Of a stretch of DNA of 64,000 nucleotides, positions 35,901 to 47,666 are shown in pieces (the first letter of the stretch is position 1; every line of letters begins with the position of its first letter). A model generated the notes under the pieces. That model saw only the letters and a list, made by a program, of their open reading frames with translations. It was not told the DNA's origin and did not search any database. The stretch comes from Basidiobolus meristosporus CBS 931.73. Its lineage: Eukaryota > Fungi > Basidiobolomycota. A program made the translations under genes and the position numbers. The stretch spans positions 1 to 64,000 of the forward strand of contig MCFE01000120.1 of the NCBI GenBank assembly GCA_002104905.1, written 5' to 3'.

Positions 35901-36453
35901 TTCTGCTATCTCAGAAAGTCTTGGGATCTAGATCCTAAAGAACCCACAAGCAGCCACAAAGCCACAAGCTTATGTGAGCTTTGTGGGGGTAGGCCAGTTG
36001 CGTATCTTTTGTGTCTTGGAGTCTCCAGGTGAACAACCAAAGGTGTTGCATTTTTGTCCAACAATGGATATCTCTGATACACCAAAGCTGCTTTTCTCAC
36101 CACTGATGGTGAGTCCAGCTTCTTCAATGGCTCCTAATATGGCATCATTGTCTACAATATGGTCATAGACAAACTTTCTTACTCCAGGCATAACTTCAGT
36201 GGTGTCCCTGAATTTTGGTCCTTTGATGCCTACATCATCCACAAAGACAGCAAGTTTCTCAGGTAAAAACTGATACAGCACATTTACCATGCATCTCTGG
36301 AACTGAGCCACAGAGTTTGTAGCCCCTTGGCTGAGTCTTGTCATCCATAAAAGTCCAAATGATGTCTGTAGTGCAAACATATCTCTTGATGTCTCATCAA
36401 GGGGAATCTGGTCATATCCTGAGTAGAGATTGTATGTTGAGTAGATGGAGTGG
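32929..36453 (-). mobile_element. Family B Ty3/gypsy: 3' LTR 32929-33998 plus decayed RT-RNaseH-integrase
   Basis: PPT AGAGGGGGGTGGA abuts the LTR at 33998. Integrase GPY segment (KWTGPY), YHPQANG, HxxGH..CxxC, RNase H VDAS, RT FVDD. Pol is cut inside RT at 36453. Confidence 0.92.
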
Positions 36454-36841
36454 CACTACACCACTGTAGTGGGGTGACAGTGACACCAACTGACAGATGT
36501 GCTCATTCCTGTATTTTCTACTTCCCTATATCTCTACTACGCTTATTTTAGTTTTATCCCATTTGTCTTACCCAATCAGTACTATCCCATAAGCCGGTTG
36601 ACTATCACACCTGCTTACCTTATTGCATAGGTTACCCCTCACTTTATGTAAGATTACTAGACTTGTTCCGTTGGATAGTGCCACATAGTGCCAGCCTGTT
36701 TATGGTGCCGGATTGATCTGGCACTCTATGGCACCATCTGGCACTATAATTTCTACCATAATGCCAGTGGTATGATACAGTTACTGGTAATTTTACTCAA
36801 TCTTACTTATGTTGCTCAGAGTAGTGCTTTCCTTGCTTTAT

Positions 36842-37939
36842 TTACTCTTCATAATGCTCCAGACACATTTCTCTCAGTGGATGTCTTTTTGTATGAACAT
36901 ACTGTGCATTAATAGACTTGTTCCATCATTCCAGCTGATCATAGTGCCCAATAGTGCCATAGCATGCCAGATGGTGCCTGATCATGCCACAGAGTGCCAG
37001 ATGGTGCCATACAGTGCCAATTGGGATCAAAATTGACATGCATAGGACCCTAAAATATCAAATTAATAACAAAATATACAGCACTCTCTGGCACTAAGAT
37101 CAATGGCACAATGGAACAAGTCTAATAAGTATCTTAACTATTTTACCTATTCTGCTGTTTTCTCCTATATATGACTTTCCTCTGTATTTACCTGCCAATA
37201 TGCTGAATCTCTTCAGATATCCAAATGTGTGCTCTACCCCTACTCTGAAATGATTAAATATCTCATTGTAGAGCTTCTGCTTCCTGCTAAGCACACCATT
37301 TCTTGGCTTCCTATAAGCTGTAATACATCCTAATCTCTGACAATCCTCTCCTATATAGGCTAAGTCTGCCATACATTTCTCCCCTCTACTGAATTCAGGA
37401 TGATTCTCTACCCAGAGTACTTTGTCATGCCTACTTCCAGCAAATGGCCCACTAAACCAGATGATATTACCCTCAATGTCAGACAGTACTTGAAACTTCA
37501 CACAGTGTGCCTTGTACTTGCCAGAATAAAAGTGCCTCTGCCCTCTAGAAGGTCTGTTAATCCTCACTGGGAAGGTATCCAAAATACTCCTGATATGGAA
37601 CCTGTTGCTGAACACTCTGGGATATGGAAGTCTATTGGAGCTTCTGAACCTAGTATTCCCAGCTTGCTCTAAGTCATTCATACCCTCTGCAAGGTGATTC
37701 TCCATTGCTGTCAGCTGGGAATGAAAGCTTCTAGGACTTTTGTTGCCATGGATGGTGGGATGAAACCTTGTAGGGCAATAGTTCTTGTAATAGCAGAGAA
37801 GCTTAACAAGGGATCTCCTTGAGTGGATTGGGGTTGATGGTCCACAGTACTGGGAGTATATCTCCTCTAGTGTGTCAAAAGGAAATCCAGTGGTAGTGAT
37901 GGGATTGATGAGAAAAGACCATTCAGATGAATAAGTCAT
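36842..37939 (-). CDS. DDE_Tnp_4-type transposase, C-terminus interrupted by a MITE
   Basis: ILDTFP, YSGKYKAH, GSRHD, MADLAYIG, RVGVEHTFG.LK.FSIL. The ORF now reads into the MITE and stops at 37100; without the MITE it continues INAQYVHTKRHPLREMCLEHYEE to a stop at 36842. Confidence 0.9.
36914..37123. mobile_element. 210-bp MITE of the same PHIS family
   Basis: 13-bp TIR AGACTTGTTCCAT, TSD AAT (36911-36913 / 37124-37126), internal GTGCC repeats. Confidence 0.92.
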
Positions 37940-38391
37940 ATTAAAATTGATGGATGATTGTATAAAGGCAGTTTGAATTGATTTGGCGCAATCTACGTTA
38001 TTTATCTGATTTTTAATACATTATGGTTAAATCTTCATCAATTGCCATGTATCCCATCATTATGTCGCAAAAATCATCCGCAAACAATGGCTTGGTACTT
38101 TTATTGATACTTTAATCATAGGTCTATAATCAAATAGGAAATCTGCAATTGATGTGATCTGATCCCTGTCAACGCAATCCGAGATGCATCATGCATAATA
38201 TATGGAAAATTCAACAATCACATCAGATTTCATATATATTTCATATAAGACCAGGTTGATGCCAATATACTACTGTATAAGTATCCAAATCCGTTGCTAT
38301 GGTCCCCATACCAAGCCTTAACTCATCTTTAGTACAACCCAGACAAAACCCATCCCCCAGCTCACAGGCGCGGTCCGGACTGGAGAAGTCA

Positions 38392-39561
38392 ATGTTGGAT
38401 CCATTTGAGTTCTCGCCAAATGATTTTAGTATGGCCCAAGTGTCTATGATGAGCCTTCATACAGATATTTAGGCACTACTGATTAATCTAGCAGAACTAG
38501 ATACCTCAGAGAGTCAACAAAGATGGAAGAGTTTGAGTAGAAAGCTGTGGCATGAGTTCTACATCAAGATGCCAGCCAATGTATGTAAAAAGATATATAA
38601 CAAGACAAGTATTGAAATCAAGAATGAGCTGAGAGTGAGGGGATTTGACAAAGAAGCCGCGCGGGAACAATTTCACGCGCAATTTGCACAGTACGGGCTG
38701 GACGCGTCCGTTTGTGCCTCAACTTTGGGAAGCAAAGAGATTTTGAAAGAGTTTTTGCCTCAAATGACTAATGTACTATGTGATATATTAGTAGAGCTAA
38801 GTGGCTTCCAAGAGCAATATACACAGGACTCATCCAGGCAACAGCTCCAAAGTATCAGACAGAGGGTAAGTGAATACCTTGAGGAATCAGATGGTGAGCT
38901 TCAGGAGGAAGAATACAGACCGCAAGCAACATTGTCCAGATTGCGCCAGCATGCCTTGCTGGATTCCCTACCATCTCTTGCAACCACAGCGTGCTGGCGC
39001 ATGTCAGTCCAGACCACGCCAACACCCTTTACCAGAATGCCCCGCGTTGAGTCAACGCGCATTCAGTCAACGCGTGTTGGGTCAATGCGCGTGCTTCAGA
39101 GCAAAACTACAAGAACTTGCCAAACTGCTCATTTAGACATGAGTCCATTGGAGCGGACCAAGTCACGTCAACATGCGGCATCACATTGAACTCAGCCAAG
39201 GGCCATCTCAATGCGTCAAGGCGTGCATGCGTGTGCCGTTTTGCCTGACCATCAGCGTGTTACTTCTGGTGAACTGACTGATGATGACCAACATGAAGTG
39301 CCTCAACCACCGGAGCCCTTGGCAAGTAAAAGAACGCGTCAGCGCGTGGCACTACAGGCCGGTTCAGTTAGTTCAGTTGGAGCAATTCAGCGCGGCCAAG
39401 CTGCAGCATTGCACTCATCAACTAGGAGGCAAAATACTGACTACAAATACACAAGTAGCCAAGATGATAGTCAGCCAGGAAGTAGTATAGGTGTGCAAAG
39501 TGAGTTACTACCAAATGCTTCAGTAGTAATCCCTGTGAGAATAAAACCCAGGAGAAGATGA
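38392..39561 (+). pseudogene. Accessory ORF of the PHIS element, possible Myb/SANT-like N-terminus
   Basis: ATG at 38392, in-frame TAG at 38470, then an open frame to 39189 and a further piece to 39561. RWKSLSRKLWHEFYIKMPANVCKKIY fits a W..l..l......C..k pattern as in Harbinger second proteins (weak). Confidence 0.55.
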
Positions 39562-41011
39562 TGCAGTTGCTTTGAATTGCTTACATTTGTAATGATCCCA
39601 ACAACCCTTTTTTTTTGCAATCCAAATTGAGCCATTGCAAATCAGTGATCATCAAATTTTTGATATAAGTAATATCAAGGTTGTCTCATATGTGAGACAG
39701 AACCCCTATAAATAAACACCCTGCATATATATACATCATCTATAATACCAGTGCAGCTATTGGATCTGTTTTGCACCTACACAATTGCTTGCGTGCTAGC
39801 TATGACACCTTGTCCAATCACTAGGATCAGGAATTTACTTGCTCAATGGGCAAAATGGGATATTTGATGGCAAATCAGGTAGCTTTTTCAGTAGTCAATG
39901 AGCCAATCAGGGGCTGCCAGCTTCAGGATACTTTTGGACCAATTAACACTGAGATACCGTCCAATTGGAGTGAGGGTATAGTGTGCAAGATTGTCCCGCA
40001 TAGTGCAAAATTGTCCAAGAACAATCTTGCCTTCTGGTAGCTATAATATTGCGCCCAATTGTTCTTTACAACCGCGGATTGCGCCGCGTGCCCTGGCACA
40101 GTACAATGGAACAAGTCTACTAGCTATAAGCGCTTCTATATTAGGCTAGTACCTGTGCCAGTATCCGTGACACGGGGTCAACCTGTGTCACCATCCCTAC
40201 CATTACCATACCATATATGGTATCCCTATGTTACATAGGTTTCAGAATACTGGTTCCTGATTGGTTGGATGTGCTGTGCTGCTTAGAACCTTCTAGCACC
40301 TACTTAGAATATTCTTAGAACATTCTTAGGTCATTCTGATGTCATTAAGATTTCTATTGATATCTGGAACCCCCTGGAATACCATGCTTAGTAATCACTT
40401 AGCCAGTGAGAAAAGTATATAAGGGAGGCTATCCCTCAACAATAAATCATCATCCCTTTTATCAATATACCAACTTGTTGATTAGTGTGATCACTGCTAC
40501 CTGCTGCTACCTGAACTTCCAACCCCAGTCCACAGGACACTTCCAGGAAACCATGCTGACAGCCAACTGACCTTGGAGGCACTACTTGTGAGGAATACTC
40601 AGAGTAGGTATCTTTTATTATATTTGATTCTTTCCCAAGTTTGTTCTTGTACAGGCAAAGACACTTTTCTGTCTTTGTAACTATTGACCACAGCTGCATT
40701 CTTATCAAGCCCTGCTGGTGGAGTTTACAGTTGTTTTGACTTTGGAGGCTTTAGTACATTGTCATCTCAAAGGATGCTGAACCCAGCACATACTTTTGTT
40801 AAGACGCCAACTAAGTTGGGGATTGTAGCTCAATAGTTTTCCCTTGACAAGCTTGTGGCTTTATTCCCCTTCACATTAGATTAGAGACAGAACCCAAGTA
40901 TTCCTAGCAGCTATTGCCAGAGATTATTGCACCCAGTGAGCACCCCACACACAAAACACTTGAGAAGTGTTGGATGTATCTCTCCCTTGGACTTATACAC
41001 CACCACAGCAG

Positions 41012-41970
41012 CTTTTTCTGTCTCTAATCTATTGTGATAGGGAATAAAGCCACAAGCTTGTCAAGGGAAAACCCTTGAGCTAGAATCCCCAACTTAGTTG
41101 GCATTGTAACAAAAGTATGTGCTTGCTTCCTTGTCCTTTGAGATGACAATATACTAAAGCTTCCAAAGTCAAAACAACTGTAAACTTGACCAGAAGGGAC
41201 TTGATAAGAATGCAGCTGTGGTCAGTAGCTACAAAGACAGAAAAGTATCTTTGCCTGTACAAGAACAAACTTGGGAAAGAATCAAATATATTAAAAGATA
41301 CCTACTCTGAGTATTCCTCACAAGTAGTGCCTCCAAGGTCAGTTGGCTGTCAGCATGGTTTCCTGGGAGTGTCCTGTTGTCTGGGGTTGGAAGTTCAGGT
41401 AGCAGCAGGTAGCAGTGATCACACTAATCAACAAGTTGGTATATTGATAAAAGGGATGATGATTTATTGTTGAGGGATAGCCTCCCTTATATACTTTTCT
41501 CACTGGCTAAGTGATTAATAATCATGGTGTTCCAGAAGGTTCCGGATATCAATAGAAATCTTAATGACATCAGAATGACCCACAAATGTTCCAAGTAGGT
41601 GCTGGAAGGTTCTAAGAGGCACAGCGCATCCAATCAATCAGGAATCAGCATTCTGAAACCTGCGTAACATAAGGATACCATATATGGTATGGAAATGGTA
41701 GCAATGGTGACACGGGTTGATCATGTGTTACAGGTACTGGCGCGGGTACTTGCCTAATATAGTAGTACTTATAGCTAGTAATCTTACATAAAGTGAGAAG
41801 TAAATTATGCAAAAAGGTAAGCAGGTGTGATAGTCAACCGGCTTATGAGATAGTACTGATTGGGTAAGACAAATGGGATAAAACTAAAATAAGTGTAGTA
41901 GAGATATAGGGAAGTAGAAAATAGGGGAATGAGCACATCTGTCAGTGGGTGTCACTGTCACCCCACTACA
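41012..41970 (-). mobile_element. Family B LTR lacking ~115 bp of its 3' end
   Basis: Homologous to ~33045-33998, ends CCCCACTACA, followed by GCGT rather than a PPT. Confidence 0.88.
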
Positions 41971-42419
41971 GCGTTACAGCAGAAATAGTGATTGAGTGGT
42001 GGATTTTAATGGAGTTACTTGTTGAGTGTGGGATTGGGCTCAATGTTAGTGTAGGGTATAGAGATTTGTACAGGTCAATACAATTGGCAATTGAGGTACA
42101 ACTGAAGTTTCAATGGAAATAAATCAATTTGTAAGCATGAAAAGTAAGAGAAATGGCTGAGTCAGGAAATAAGGAGTGTGAAAAAGAGGCACAAATGTAG
42201 GAGGCAATAGAGTGTCCAGGATCAGAAAGTCAGCAAATTGGCAGGGAACCAATCAAAAGCTGGTTATACATTTTTGTGATGAAAAATTTTGACAAAGTTT
42301 TTTGTGAAATCTGGGATGCAATTATTTTGCAACGGTCTCTGGACGGAGTCCTGACAGGATCAGTACCTCTCAGTAATGGGAAATTAACTTTGTGACGGCC
42401 TTTTAAGGGGATCATCTCA

Positions 42420-42975
42420 ATAACTTTTCATAGAGTTTGTCAGTATGTCAATATGGAAAAGCTCCTGCTTCTCTAGCTTCCTAGGTGCTTCAAGTGTGTC
42501 CAACGGCCACGGTATATCTTGTGCACCCCCCTCAAAAGCTCCTGGATGGCAAGTTTGAGGTGTAACTGTTGAAGGTAAGTGCAGTGATCAACTGCAAATC
42601 AATAAGGGAGAAGTGTTATTGATAGTAGGGATGATCAATAGACAAGGGATTGACTTCCCTCAAATACCATGCCTGATTGATCAGTGATTACTAATGACAA
42701 GGCTCTAGAAGATTCCCGCTGTAAGTGAAATTCTGGATACCATCACTATGAGCTAAAAATACCGCAAAAAGGTCTTGGAAGGTTCTAAAAGGCACAGTAC
42801 AACCAACCAATCAGGGATCAGTAGTCTAGACCTGTGTAACATAGAGAAGCTATATATGGTATTGAGATGGTAGGGATGGGTACATAGATTTGGGTCATTT
42901 GTCCCTGGTACTAATGCAGGTACCTGTCTAATGTAGATACATATATTGATCACAAGGCTAAATAACATCTAAGAC
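42420..42975 (-). mobile_element. Diverged internal fragment of a family A LTR
   Basis: Reverse complement matches the middle of 29308-30111 (e.g. AAGCTCCTGCTTCTCTAGCTTCCTAGGTGCT). Confidence 0.75.
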
Positions 42976-42999
42976 ATGACTAAACTTGTATCAAAACTC

Positions 43000-44142
43000 A
43001 GTAGGATCCTTAAATGCATTGGCTCCTTTAGCATAAAGAGGCAAGGATGTTGGGACAACCACTAGGGTAGGTCTAGAGGCGGATGTAGATCTGCAGGATC
43101 AAAAAGCATGACTTCTAGGTGGCTGATGCAGAGCAAGGCTTGGTGGATTCTCAATGCTGTCAATCACTTTAGCAACACTCTCCAGAGCTTCTCTGATTAT
43201 TGCAATCTCATCTTGGTAGCCAGATATAACTTCAAGGAGTACATCACTACAATGATTCTCAGATCATGTCTTAGTAAGCTTCTAGTGCTCAAGCATCAAG
43301 GTGTTTCTTTCTTGCATGATGTTTCAAGCCGCTCAGAAGGCTCTTGTTGATTTCTTTGAGCTTCTTTCAACATGCAAAGATTTGGATTGCTTGTGGCTGA
43401 GGACATCTTGTGAAGTGTTTGAATGTAATGAAATTCAGCAAAATAACAGTTTTATCCAAGAGAAAAGTGCCATCAAACTCTTAAATGGTTTAACTGCACC
43501 TTGGTGACAACTAAGTGCAGAATCTTAGAATTCTCAGAGAATGGCAGAAATATCAGCAGAGAGATTCTTGTCTAATATTGGTCTGGTATATAGCTGGGTT
43601 TGGCTATAAAGGTAATGGAGTTGGTTTTCTATGCAGACTATGCTTGGTGTACTTGGGTGAGCTAGGTATGCTAGGCATGAGTAGTAACTAGAACACAATT
43701 GTTAAGTTCTTAATTTTGCTAAACACAATCCCAATTTTGTTGAGACAAACATTAAACCAAAAGGTTCAGTAACTTTATTTATACATTTTTGATCAAGCTG
43801 AACTAGTAGGCACCAAGAGACTGGACTAACTTAAATCTGTTGGGGTGTTTGCAGGTGCAAAAGATAAATGAATATTGCTTCATTAATCCACTGATATCTT
43901 AGCAACTGCCAAGTTGTTGGATAGATCTTAGATGGCTAATCACCTAGAAAGGCTTGGCTGATAAGTTGATAATGCAATGGCTCTATGAGAGTTAATCAGA
44001 TATGACAGCCAGTGATAGATTCTGATATGAGATATAACAGACCATAACTGGGATTAGTTATGTTTTGATTAGGGAAAATGAGTTAGGGTACTAGATTTTT
44101 AACAACGTTACATTGGCTAGTATCAAATGCTGATGCACAGCA
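43000..44142 (-). mobile_element. Family D 5' LTR (43505-44142) with leader and gag start
   Basis: LTR homologous to 15896-16514; 43050-43400 is the reverse complement of the gag at 16550-16890. Confidence 0.85.
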
Positions 44143-44720
44143 CCAGCTACCAGGTTGTACATGGGGCATCTCAAGCTACATGAGCCCTTTGAAATACCAT
44201 GGAAATTTGACAGATTGGGGAAGAAACTATTGGGTATTGGCTACCCAAAGTATATCTCACAAGTTCCAATCAATGTTTATACGCATATGCAACCATACCA
44301 ATGACAAGACTGGATGAACTGAATGTGCTTTTATACAAGTGGCCTTCTAAAGGCATTTCTACCAAGAGTATATATGTAGCATTGGGAGTCATATATTGAC
44401 ATCTTGTGAATTTTATCCAGAAACAGATCACTGGTGCCAATAGATGCATCTACAACATATATGCAAGGAGTTTATGATGAGATTTGTGCATGTATACCGC
44501 AAGTATAAAGCTGAGGGTGTAGATCCAAGCTGCCACTGTATCCTTTCTTTACTCCATCTTGTTTGGTGTGTGGAGAATACTTGGCCTTATTGGACCTGTT
44601 AGGAACTTCCTTTCCAGCAGATATGTGGGGAAACAGGATGTCAAGTCAAGTTGCAGGTACTACCCTATTCCAATATCATTGAGAATATATTCTTCAAGTC
44701 CATCTGTGTTAATGCAGAGT
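44143..44720 (+). mobile_element. Decayed CACTA-like transposase fragment
   Basis: Nucleotide-level match to ~25520-26100 in opposite orientation (LYMGH.KL.EPFEIP, DWMN, WESY). Confidence 0.75.
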
Positions 44721-47026
44721 ATATCATTACTACAATGTTTCAAATCATTAATTCACTCCTTTTTTATTTTGGCTTTTGCTGTTGTAGCATATAAATCAAA
44801 GTTGAAGAATTTCCAATGCTCAAGGACAAAAGCTTCAGACCAAGCAGTTAATCCATCTATATTCTTATGTCATATTAGATGCTCAGTAGCCAACATATAT
44901 CTTAAATTATAGCTCATTCAGAATAGTACTTAAGGAGTTATAGTTCAAGGGGTCCAACAAACATAGATATTTGCACTTTATTAGTGAGTATACAATAGAG
45001 ATACTGATCACATGTAGCCTTTAATATGGCTAATTGAATCATCTGAGATTCTACATGTGCTTTGCCTATAATCAATCTGTGCTACTGCAAAATGTTAGTT
45101 TTGTATCATGTATATTGCTTGCGCAATTGCCCAAAAACTTTGATCCTTTAGACTTTTATAAGTATATAACTTCCCTGGCTAAAAAACAATAAAGAGCCTC
45201 TCTTTCCAGAATCTCCACACCACATTACAGGTTTAAAGGTCATAGCACCTCTGCTTCATCACTTGCATTTTTGAGTATTTGACTTTGCTTGGTACTACAT
45301 TAGTAAAGACTGCAACACTCACAAGAATCTAATGTAAGTTCTACAAGAAAATTACCACTATTTTGTCAGAGAAGTCCCCTCTAAAAAGCTCCTTGACTAA
45401 AAGTGAGCTCTTTTAAAGACCCTATTGGTGTAAAGTTCACTGCGGAAACCACTGTAAAAGCCCCTCTACTTTAAACACAACCCTTTGGACACTCCTATAG
45501 ATAAAAAGTTCCTATTTGAGACCCCTGTTCCATTCCCCTTTAATTTGAAGAGGAGCTCAGATCTTCCAAATAACAAGATATGTTCTCACAATAAAAATTT
45601 TCCTGATAAGGATAATTTATTTTGAAAGTAAATTAGCTAAATGGCTAACACCAGGTCAGAACTTTGCTGTCAAAGTGGGAAACACCACTTATAGCTTACT
45701 TTGGGCCTAAGATTGATGATATTAGGGAAATTGTATCTTTTATTTGTAAATCAAGCTCCCAGTAAGTTATATCAGTATTAGCATACTGGAATTTGTTGTA
45801 TACAGTCAATTAGTCTCTACATGCAAGTTCTAAACTAATCATAATACAACTCAACACATCATGGATGTGATTAGTTGGAAAATGGAGGACAGCCTGGAGG
45901 AGTTGGATAAGATTGTGGACAGATGCTCACATAGAGACACATATGCCTTGGGCATTGGAAGCTAAGCAGCTGCAATTCTTAAGTACTCCAGTAAGTAATG
46001 CAAAATTAGGTTAGATACAACATGCAACTAATCTATATTAGGCCAACATTGCTTAATATGCTGGGTTTCCCCTGATTACAAGCCAGCCTCTAGACCATTA
46101 AATATGGAACTCTCAAAACCAAGACCCAGAGTGCACCTATAAGGGGGACTAGAGTTCAGCAGGGAGAAGGAATATATTGGCCAATTACCAAAGCATTTTT
46201 TGTGAATATATAAGAGGTATTCATGGGAACAATTGTGGAAGCCAAGCATATGATTGCAGTGTGAGTATAAGTTACCAACAATACAAGTTATATGGCAGCT
46301 TTGCATATATCACACCTAAAAGATAGTGTGCCACTAGCAGCAAGTTTGTGCATATATACAGATTATTATGCAGGAGGCCATAGTTTTTTTAATTGAGCTG
46401 TATGAGGAATACCCATAGTAGTATGGGTTAACAAATAAAGATGGGTGGCTCTGCAATGGAGTATAGCAATAGCACAACAGGAGTCAGAAAATGGAATAAC
46501 CATATGGTAAGTTGGTATAGTAGCATTTACAGAACTAGGTGTGGGCCACCATGATGCCGTTATAATGTTAGAGAGGCTTGTAAAGACCTTACTGAAACAC
46601 TGTCAAGTTTCCCCAAACATGGATATTGAATATATGCGGGTATGGATTGCTCAAATAAATATAGATCCTGATAAGACAATTGGAATTCCATGCAATGATT
46701 GCAAAAAACTGTGTCAAGACTATCAGGTTTTTAACTATATTTAGCAGCAATACCAGCAAAATACTATCACAAGGCCGCCATAAGATTGTTAAGAGGGTAT
46801 TTAACTCCAAGCTGCCAGCATTAGAATGGCCTCATTGCAGGATCCTGCCTCCTGATCCAGAGCAGATCCATTTGCAGGACCATACTATTTTTCATGGGGT
46901 ACTCCTTGCAATTAGTGTCTTCAAGGTAAGTGGGCTGTCAGCAAGGTACTCTGTGAGGATCTTATGGCCAGTTTTATCCTAGAGAAAAGTGTAATAAAGC
47001 TCTTGGATGACTTAAGTGAACTTAAC

Positions 47027-47666
47027 TGACAACTAAGCACAGAATCTTAGAATTGTCCAGGGTAACAGAAATATTAGCAGAGAAGTTCTGGTCTAATATA
47101 GGTCTTGTATATAGTTGAGTTGGGCTATAAAGGCAACAGAATTGGCTTGCTATACAGGCTAGGCTTGGTGTTCTTGGGAATGCTAGATATGCTAGGCTTG
47201 GGTGGAAACTAAATGGAATTGTTGAATTACTGATTTTGCTGAGGCACAATCTTAATTTTGTTAAGACACACACTAAACCAAAAGGCTCTGTAATCTTTAT
47301 TTATATTTTCCTGATCAAGTTGAATTTGTAAGCACATTGAGACTGGACTAATTAGAATCTGTTAGGCTGTTGATAGGTGCAGAAGATAAATGAAAAATTG
47401 CATCATCAATCAGCTGATGTCTTAGCAACTACAAAGTGATTGGATAGAGCTCAGAAGACTAATCCTTTGGAAAGGCTTAGCAGATCAGTTGAAGACATAA
47501 TGACCACTTGGAAATAGATCAGGCATGGCAGCTAATAATTGATTTGAGAAGTGATAAAATTAACCATAACAGTGTTTACTCATGTTTGGGTTAGGGAAAA
47601 TCAGTTAGGGTACTAGATTCTCTGACAGAGTGAAACTGGCTTAGTTTTAAATGCTGATGCACAGCA
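47027..47666 (-). mobile_element. Family D LTR (640 bp) with adjacent leader remnant
   Basis: TGACAACTAAG...GATGCACAGCA; leader-like sequence at ~46960-47026. Confidence 0.85.

Larger units (their letters stand above)
36659..40118. mobile_element. PHIS-superfamily DNA transposon, 3460 bp, ANT target duplication (Pangu-like)
   Basis: TIRs AGACTTGTTCC(G/A)TTG..GTGCC. TSD ACT at 36656-36658 and 40119-40121; the empty site AGATTACTAGCTATAAG is visible in the sister LTR. Subterminal GTGCC/GGCAC repeats and two divergent ORFs. Confidence 0.92.
36465..41007 (+). mobile_element. Family B LTR split by the PHIS transposon (36465-36658 + 40122-41007)
   Basis: Starts TGTAGTGGGG, ends CACCACCACA. The two pieces rejoin into a near-identical reverse complement of 32929-33998 when the insert and one ACT are removed. 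Confidence 0.9.

Noticed and set aside
36660-37123. GTGCC/GGCAC repeat clusters as a CRISPR-like array
   Set aside because: Short, irregularly spaced, in both orientations and confined to transposon ends; typical subterminal repeats.
33230-41473. Recurrent 85-95 aa ORF (MIRMQLWSIVTKTEK...) in B LTRs
   Set aside because: Antisense within closely related LTR copies, uses non-ATG starts and is truncated in the diverged copy at 21650; recurrence reflects LTR identity.
32929-41970. Treating LTRs 32929-33998 and 41012-41970 as the two ends of one element
   Set aside because: Flanks CCGC and GCGT are not a direct repeat, and these LTRs are more diverged from each other than 32929 is from the 36465-41007 LTR.
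44720-47000. Possible further transposase debris (e.g. IVGNLYSHCNHMLGF at 46076-46306)
   Set aside because: Too degraded to assign a family or boundaries with confidence.
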